From Thermoproteota archaeon (GTDB lineage Archaea; Thermoproteota; Thermoprotei; Thermofilales; B9-G17): a DNA stretch of 30,086 bases. Both the position numbers and the translations under genes were made by a program. The stretch spans positions 1 through 30,086 of the forward strand of contig JAPDJW010000026.1 in the NCBI GenBank assembly GCA_029258885.1. Reading direction: 5' to 3'. The notes below the pieces were generated by a model, which was not told the DNA's origin, did not search any database, and saw only the letters and a list, made by a program, of their open reading frames with translations. Positions 25,401 through 30,086 of the stretch are shown piece after piece; within the stretch, counting starts at the first letter, position 1; the number at the start of each line of letters is the position of its first letter.

Positions 25401-25596
25401 TTTTATTCCAGGCTGTTCCGACGTGGATGAGGTCCGAGGACGGATATGGAGGTCCATCGAGAAAGTAGAACTTCGGCTTATCGGCCTTCATCCTCCTGAT
25501 CTTCTCGTATATCCTGTTTTCCTTCCAGAACCTCTTTACCCTCTTCTCAATGCTAAAAGAGTCATATCTACTGGGCAGACTACCTACAGAATACAC
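22411..25596 (-). CDS. ileS: Isoleucine--tRNA ligase (archaeal/type 2)
   Basis: FLDGPPY...HVGTAWNK; GYDCHGLPIE; WTTTPWTLPAN; DWVVTRQRYWGIPVP; EGHDQISGWF; EMHKSLGN; ERAEGLARDIVRRIQ. GGAGGTG SD. Confidence 0.97.
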   Translation of the reverse strand: MYSVGSLPSRYDSFSIEKRVKRFWKENRIYEKIRRMKADKPKFYFLDGPPYPSSDLIHVGTAWNKTIKDAVIRFRRMQGYNVRDQPGYDCHGLPIEVAVEKMLGFKSKRDIEKYGIDRFIEKCRELVYRNVKAMTQQFADLGVSMDWDNPYMTLKKEYIESAWWLFKKAYMTGLLEKGVKVMHWCPRCETVLADIEVSEYKMLEDPSIFVKFPVRGRDKEYIVIWTTTPWTLPANVAVMVHPDYDYARVKVGDEVLIMALARVKPVLDQLGVKYEVLEVFKGEKLEGLRYDPPLLEEVTVQRKLLNENAHVVVLSREYVHLEEGTGCVHTAPGHGEEDFEVSKIYNLPVVSPVDNNGCFTEDAGKYAGMYVRDANPVIVEDLRRKGLLLYATTIVHKYPVCWRCKTPLIFRATEQWFIKLTKIKDKLLKEAEKINWIPKWAGTHRFKNWLLGLKDWVVTRQRYWGIPVPIWICEKCGSIEVIGSLDELKERSGLKEDIADLHKPWIDKITFKCRECGGTMRRIPDVTDVWYDSGVSFFASLGFPKNMEEFKKWWPVDFIVEGHDQISGWFDKLFKAGIVGFGEPPFKNVLMHGFALDEKGMEMHKSLGNFVSGPEAISRYGRDPLRLYVLSNIVWEDLRFSWDKIKMVLADLNVMWNVYVFASTYMSLDKYTPVRYDEVEVKARLKPEDRWILSRLQKLVKEVTESMEKYLVHQAARSIRRFIVEDLSHWYIKLVRRRVWIEEEEWDKITAYYTLYKVLKTLLALSAPFVPFITEEIYQRMFRSAEPNSPESVHMLDWPKFEAELVDEELERNMKIAMEIVESGLAARNKAKIKIRQPLRELIVVSDEPTVAAAVRALGHVISDVVNVKSVRVEPRSELEKYFLVKVEPVMSRLGPAFRGKAAVVAEAIRNLSQEDVSRLLGEGALEVEVEGEKVAVEKDYVKVVKEVKEEWSLEEFSYGVVVLNTVISARERAEGLARDIVRRIQYMRKEMDLPVDAYISVKIAIGPEEMKLLKEFNDYIMYETRAKELDYVDKLEVDEEYYVKKWRIEDIEADIAVKKL

Positions 25597-25824
25597 AGAA
25601 ACACCTCCAGAAGAATTACCAGTGGAGAAAATCCTTGAAACTTAAATTTAGAAGAGGGATATTTTACAGATAATAGTCTTCCCCTCCAGCTATTAGCTTA
25701 TTAGCAAACATCCTAATAAACTTTACTAGCGAGAACTCGGCAGAAGAATCCCTCAAAGACTACATTACTAAATAATCTCCGACACCCTTTTAAGGAAACA
25801 TGTGAATATATTAAGGGGGAACAC

Positions 25825-26526
25825 TTGAAAATGCTGGAAAAAGAGAAAAGAAGAGGAGGAACGGAAGAGGAAATAAAGACAGAGGATACGCTGACAAAAA
25901 TAATCTTATCATTCGATAAACTAGCAAAGATACAGGAGAGAACTCAAGAATGCATATTAAACCTAGCTGAAGCGCAGAAGCGAACAGAGGAAGCACTAGC
26001 AACGCTAACAAAGCGCGTAGATACGCTATCAAAGCGCGTAGACGAGCTAGCTGAAGCGCAGAAGCGAACAGAGGAAGCACTAGCAACGCTTACTAAGCAG
26101 GTGGAAATGTTGTATAGAGAGCATGCCGAGGTTAAGGCTGCTTTAGGTAAGCTGACTGATGTTATTGGTTTTGGCCTAGAGGATATTGCTAGGATTGTTC
26201 TACCTGGGTGGTTGTACAGGCATTTGAGTATTGATGTCGAGGATCTTAGACGTGAGTACTTTATCGTTGACGGGGAGGAGGTTGAGGTAAACCTCTTCGG
26301 CGAAGGCACACTTAAGGGTGAGAGAGTAGTTATTATAGGTGAGGCTAAGTCGAGGATTTATGTTGATGACGTTAATAAGTTCTATTGGAGGGTCTATAGG
26401 CCTGTCTCCGAGAAAATAACTAAAGTGAAGACTATAGGCATTATGTTTGGTTTCCTAGTTCACCCTTCGGCTAGAAAAAAGGCGGAAGGCTACGGCATAT
26501 ATACCGTAGCTTCATATGAAAGATAA
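25825..26526 (+). CDS. Coiled-coil repeat protein with a C-terminal PD-(D/E)xK-like domain (DUF3782/COG5493-like)
   Basis: LAEAQKRTEEAL heptads; VIGFGLEDIAR; GEEVEVNLFGEG...IIGEAKSRI. Start is TTG 25825 or ATG 25831. Confidence 0.85.
   Translation: MKMLEKEKRRGGTEEEIKTEDTLTKIILSFDKLAKIQERTQECILNLAEAQKRTEEALATLTKRVDTLSKRVDELAEAQKRTEEALATLTKQVEMLYREHAEVKAALGKLTDVIGFGLEDIARIVLPGWLYRHLSIDVEDLRREYFIVDGEEVEVNLFGEGTLKGERVVIIGEAKSRIYVDDVNKFYWRVYRPVSEKITKVKTIGIMFGFLVHPSARKKAEGYGIYTVASYER
25963..26090 (+). repeat. Perfect 44-nt direct repeat (25963-26006 and 26047-26090, 84-nt period) with a nested 21-nt repeat
   Basis: ctagctgaagcgcagaagcgaacagaggaagcactagcaacgct occurs twice. acgcta(a/t)caaagcgcgtaga occurs twice between the copies. 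Confidence 0.9.
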
Positions 26527-26527
26527 C

Positions 26528-27460
26528 CTAAATCGGCGTAAGCGGCTCGTCGGTTATTAATGCTGCCCGAACCCTTTCTCCCTTTACAGCTACAGCTCTA
26601 GCAAATAATCCCGTATTTGCGGTAAAACTATATCGTCCCCTATAATCTAGGCTTATTACTCCAGCTGTATCCCTACCGAACTTCTCCGTTAGCTCACTCA
26701 TAGCTTTCCTTGATGCATTCTCAATAGTCATACCATTAGCCACGTAGAAGGAGATTCTAAACGTTAGAAGCATTTTTACGATTACCTCACCTATGCCTGT
26801 AGCCGATGAAGCCGCGTATTTATCAGCGTAGAACCCAGCACCCGGTATGGGTGAATCACCAAGTCTTCCAGGCAGTTTTATCCACATACCACCCGTGCTT
26901 ACCCCAGCCGCTAGGTTACCGTCCTTATCCAAGGCCACAGCCCCAACCGTTCCGTATCCGAGCTCGCTGAAAAGCTTTAAATTCTTCCTCCATCCAAAAT
27001 ATCCGCCTAATACCTCCTTCTTTCTCCACTCGAACTCCTTTAGCCGCCTCTCCAGGGGTTCAGCTCTCTCTAGGCCTAGGTATTCAGCTAGCTTCGCAGC
27101 TCCATCTCCAACCACAAGCACATGGTCGGTATTCTCCATTATGAACCTCGCTAGCCTTATAGCATTCCAGTATCCCCTTAGACATCCTACTGCACCTATA
27201 TCTAAGGTCTTCCCATACATTATTCCCGCATCAAGCTCCATCTCCATTTCAGCATTCAATGCACTACCTCTGCCAGCATTAAACTTCCCAGAATCCTCCA
27301 TGTAGCTTATAGCCTCCACGACTGCATCCACTGATGACCCAGAGTTAAGCTCCTCTAATCCGGCGAGAGCAGCATTAGCTAGCTCCCTTAAAATAACTTG
27401 CCTGCGCTTGCCTATCTCCCCCCTATACTTACCCGCGCCGCCATGAACCAATACAATCAT
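26528..27460 (-). CDS. iaaA: Isoaspartyl peptidase/L-asparaginase (Ntn hydrolase)
   Basis: VLVHGGAG; FNAGRGS; ELDAGIM; GTVGAVALD (catalytic Thr); GRLGDSPIPGAG; ATGIGE. Confidence 0.93.
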   Translation of the reverse strand: MIVLVHGGAGKYRGEIGKRRQVILRELANAALAGLEELNSGSSVDAVVEAISYMEDSGKFNAGRGSALNAEMEMELDAGIMYGKTLDIGAVGCLRGYWNAIRLARFIMENTDHVLVVGDGAAKLAEYLGLERAEPLERRLKEFEWRKKEVLGGYFGWRKNLKLFSELGYGTVGAVALDKDGNLAAGVSTGGMWIKLPGRLGDSPIPGAGFYADKYAASSATGIGEVIVKMLLTFRISFYVANGMTIENASRKAMSELTEKFGRDTAGVISLDYRGRYSFTANTGLFARAVAVKGERVRAALITDEPLTPI

Positions 27461-27680
27461 GAACTAGAAGCAAGCCTATCAGTTATTTAACTGTTAACAT
27501 TCGCTATTTCTTGAAATACGACTCCGTAAAGGCGGAACAATGTGGCTGTAGTTAAAGGTATTTCGCAGCTGAAAGGCATCCTATGTCTTCACGACGGAAA
27601 TCCCCAGAAAATATGGAATTCGATGTTTTCTAAAAATTTGACTTATATTTGGATAGAATCTAGATATTTTAGGTGAAGAT

Positions 27681-28436
27681 TTGCAGCGGCTTATAGTCTT
27701 TACTGATGATGATGAGGTTGAGGTAACCGCAATGGCTGTCGTTAACAACAAGGTGGTTGAAAAGAGGAGGTGGCGTCTAGTAGGTAATGGTATACTCCTC
27801 TCCGTTGACATTGAAGACGCAAATAGGATGAACTTTGAGAAGCTGATAAAGCCGAGCACCAACCTAGAGAGGCAGATTAAGAGGGAAATAGAGGCTTTCG
27901 CACGGCAGTATCACATACCTAGCCGTGAGGTCAAGAAGATCCTTAGATTGCTCCACCTGCCGAAGGAGTTTTACGATAGGCATCTTATAGACATTATTCG
28001 TGCTAATTATGAAGCTACTGGAGGGGATAAGATACTTCCGCTTGACAATGTATTTGATTTATTCTACGCCCTTCAGCCTAGGGATTCGATAAGTATACCT
28101 ATATCCGACGTTGAGGCCGTTAGAATCGAGAAGAACTACATATATAGGCCGCTGTCTGCTTGGAGGGTTAAGGATCAAGTGTTCCTAGTACTAGGTTTAT
28201 CGTTCCAGCCCCCTGGCACACTTAACAGCAGATACCTTGAGGAAATACCCCTAAAGATTGGGGGGGATCCGCTCTTCCTAAGGATACTTAGATGGCTCGA
28301 GGGTAAATCAAAAGCTGAAGGCATTCTAAATAAAGATGAGAAGCTGGGCGACGCTACGCCATCAGGTCCAGCTAAGGTTATAAGGAAGATGCTTGTATGC
28401 ACCTTCAGTATAGAGGTGAAGGGAGAAAATGGATAG
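27681..28436 (+). CDS. Hypothetical protein (251 aa)
   Basis: TTG start after GGTGA. Overlaps the Nudix gene by 8 nt. Confidence 0.75.
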   Translation: MQRLIVFTDDDEVEVTAMAVVNNKVVEKRRWRLVGNGILLSVDIEDANRMNFEKLIKPSTNLERQIKREIEAFARQYHIPSREVKKILRLLHLPKEFYDRHLIDIIRANYEATGGDKILPLDNVFDLFYALQPRDSISIPISDVEAVRIEKNYIYRPLSAWRVKDQVFLVLGLSFQPPGTLNSRYLEEIPLKIGGDPLFLRILRWLEGKSKAEGILNKDEKLGDATPSGPAKVIRKMLVCTFSIEVKGENG

Positions 28437-28848
28437 GATGTATCCTTCAAGGCCTATGGTCGGCGTAGGCGTAGTGGTGTTAAAGGAGGGTAAGCTCTTA
28501 TTAACCAAGAGGCTTAACGAGCCAGGCAGGGGGATGTGGAGCATACCTGGAGGCCTAGTGGAGGTGGGAGAGAAGGTGAGGGATGCAGCAGTTCGAGAGG
28601 TCTATGAAGAATGTGGATTAAAGGTGGAGATTATAGGCTTAGTTGATGTAGGAGATATAATCGTCAAGGATGAAAAGGGAGTAAGGTTCCACTACGTCAT
28701 AGTAATATTTAAGGCCAAGCCTCTCGAAGGCAACCTAAGAGCTGGAGACGACGTGGCAGAGGTTAGGTGGGTATGTTTCAGCGAGCTACATGAATATAGG
28801 ATTCCTCCTGTAGTTCTAAATGCTTTAAAGAAAATTAGGAAATTTTAG
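28429..28848 (+). CDS. Nudix hydrolase (ADP-ribose pyrophosphatase-like)
   Basis: Nudix box PGGLVEVGEKVRDAAVREVYEECGL; HYVIVIF; AGDDVAEVRW. Confidence 0.93.
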   Translation: MDRMYPSRPMVGVGVVVLKEGKLLLTKRLNEPGRGMWSIPGGLVEVGEKVRDAAVREVYEECGLKVEIIGLVDVGDIIVKDEKGVRFHYVIVIFKAKPLEGNLRAGDDVAEVRWVCFSELHEYRIPPVVLNALKKIRKF

Positions 28849-29986
28849 CCTTAATTAGACTATTTGCTATCTCCAGGAACTCCTCCTTTGCTCCTGTTGG
28901 TATAACAGCTGAAGCTGCATATTTATGGCCATCACCTATCCCCCCGACTTCGTGTGCAACATTAACTACTATTTCGGAGATTCCAGGATAGCTTCCCGCT
29001 TCAATTCTATCTCTTAGTTTACGGGGAGCTCTCATTGAAAGCTTAACCCAGCTTCCCTTAAGCTCCATCAAACCTGGTATCTCATTGGGCATAGTCATGA
29101 AGCCTAGAATGTATTTATCGGGATCTACAAGCCTGCCTTGGAAGCTTAGGAACGAGCAGAAGGTTCCGACAACCTTGGTCCCCATGCCCCTGTAAACGTT
29201 ATAGGTGTCGAACCACTGAATATATCTGGTCTTATTCAACCCCCGCCTGTAGAGTATGGCGAGCATTCTCCTATTAGCTTTCTTCCTCCTATCTTCAAGC
29301 TCCTCAACAAACTTAACTATATCATCCGACAAACCCTCTAAGCAAGCCTTTACACCGAGAAACGGACCGTTATTGTAGTAGCCTACAGGCCCAAGTATCT
29401 GAAGTAGCCTAAACATCTTCTTAGTATCCATGCTCCTGCCGGACTTTTCCGCATCCTCTCTAGCTTTAAGATTTAGCCCCGTTATTTTACCAGGGATCTC
29501 ATGTACCCCTATTAACGCTATGGAAGATAAATCAATATTGCTGGGGTCTAGAGCCTTGGCGAAAAAGTAGGTTACAACGCTTCCGGATGCATCTCTCTCC
29601 CCCTCCATATCGTAGAACTCGGGGTTCAGGTTATACACGAGCGGGTCGCTGGCTGGAACTGGATCGTGATGGTCGAGAATTATTGTTAAACTCCTGCCTG
29701 CGTTGGCTTTAGATATCTTGTCGGCATGCGGAGATCCTATATCAACGTACATTATTACATTGCCAGCATACTTCTCATGAATGAAACCTATAACCTGATC
29801 CATAAGCTTCTCAATGCATACAAGCTTGACGTTAAACCCTTTCCTCCTAAGAGCCTCATACGCTACAGCACCAGAGGAGATACCGTCAGCATCATCATGA
29901 AAAACTAGAAGAACATCCCTTCTATCCCACTCCATAAGCCTACTGCAAGCCTTGCTCAGATCCCCCATAAACTTATCAACGGACAT
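28835..29986 (-). CDS. RecJ-like DHH/DHHA1 phosphoesterase
   Basis: VFHDDADGISS; MYVDIGS; ILDHH; NPEFYDMEG..DASGS; GDGHKYAASA. Start moved to ATG 29986 (MSVDKF). Confidence 0.88.
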   Translation of the reverse strand: MSVDKFMGDLSKACSRLMEWDRRDVLLVFHDDADGISSGAVAYEALRRKGFNVKLVCIEKLMDQVIGFIHEKYAGNVIMYVDIGSPHADKISKANAGRSLTIILDHHDPVPASDPLVYNLNPEFYDMEGERDASGSVVTYFFAKALDPSNIDLSSIALIGVHEIPGKITGLNLKAREDAEKSGRSMDTKKMFRLLQILGPVGYYNNGPFLGVKACLEGLSDDIVKFVEELEDRRKKANRRMLAILYRRGLNKTRYIQWFDTYNVYRGMGTKVVGTFCSFLSFQGRLVDPDKYILGFMTMPNEIPGLMELKGSWVKLSMRAPRKLRDRIEAGSYPGISEIVVNVAHEVGGIGDGHKYAASAVIPTGAKEEFLEIANSLIKAKIS

Positions 29987-30086
29987 ACAATAGTTATAGG
30001 TTAGAATACAAATAAATACTCTTTCCACTGCTCAAATAGCATAACCATTACATTGCCAACTAGCTATAAAGTATAGGAAATCGGTA

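Noticed and set aside
23774-25420. IleRS signature variants HVGT and EMHKS
   Set aside because: Within the normal range for archaeal IleRS and not the inverted GxHH motif linked to mupirocin hyper-resistance.
22895-25638. Several plus-strand ORFs up to 149 aa within ileS
   Set aside because: Antisense shadows of a long, strongly biased coding sequence.
25811-26086. Minus ORF with repeated LVLPLFASALQL
   Set aside because: Reverse complement of the 44-nt coiled-coil repeat.
25963-26090. Possible mini-CRISPR (two identical 44-nt repeats with a 40-nt gap)
   Set aside because: In-frame heptad duplication inside a CDS. The gap is itself repetitive, and there is no leader or cas gene.
27461-27680. 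Possible C/D RNA or 44-aa ORF in the iaaA divergent gap
   Set aside because: Only partial boxes (GTGAAGA on the minus strand, with no correctly spaced CTGA). The ORF lacks an SD or motif.

Overview
Gene-dense archaeal chromosomal window. Evidence: archaeal-type IleRS, split LplA/LplB, TATA/BRE promoters, GGTGA/GGAGG Shine-Dalgarno motifs and a C/D box sRNA. It is probably from a thermophilic TACK-like lineage, which is an inference. Housekeeping and metabolic genes: ileS, RdgB/HAM1 pyrophosphatase, purine phosphoribosyltransferase, four-subunit dye-linked L-proline dehydrogenase/sarcosine oxidase-like operon, lplA/lplB, isoaspartyl peptidase, Nudix hydrolase, RecJ-like DHH protein and MscS. 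Accessory material: a HEPN-MNT pair, a PaREP1-like HEPN, a coiled-coil PD-(D/E)xK protein, two Cys-protease-fold proteins and three gene remnants. Main signals missed by the ORF track: (1) a 59-aa microprotein with 56% aromatic and no charged residues, coupled to a divergent NifX-like/Pro-rich/coiled-coil gene; (2) a C/D box guide RNA; (3) two overlapping downstream genes that appear to need ATA start codons; (4) a structured, switch-like leader upstream of lplA. An AEP (PriS-like) protein fused to an unknown domain and ending in a PIP box is the best candidate for an uncharacterised DNA repair or replication factor. No tRNA, rRNA, CRISPR array or intact transposase was seen. All family assignments come from motif recognition by eye, with no database searches.
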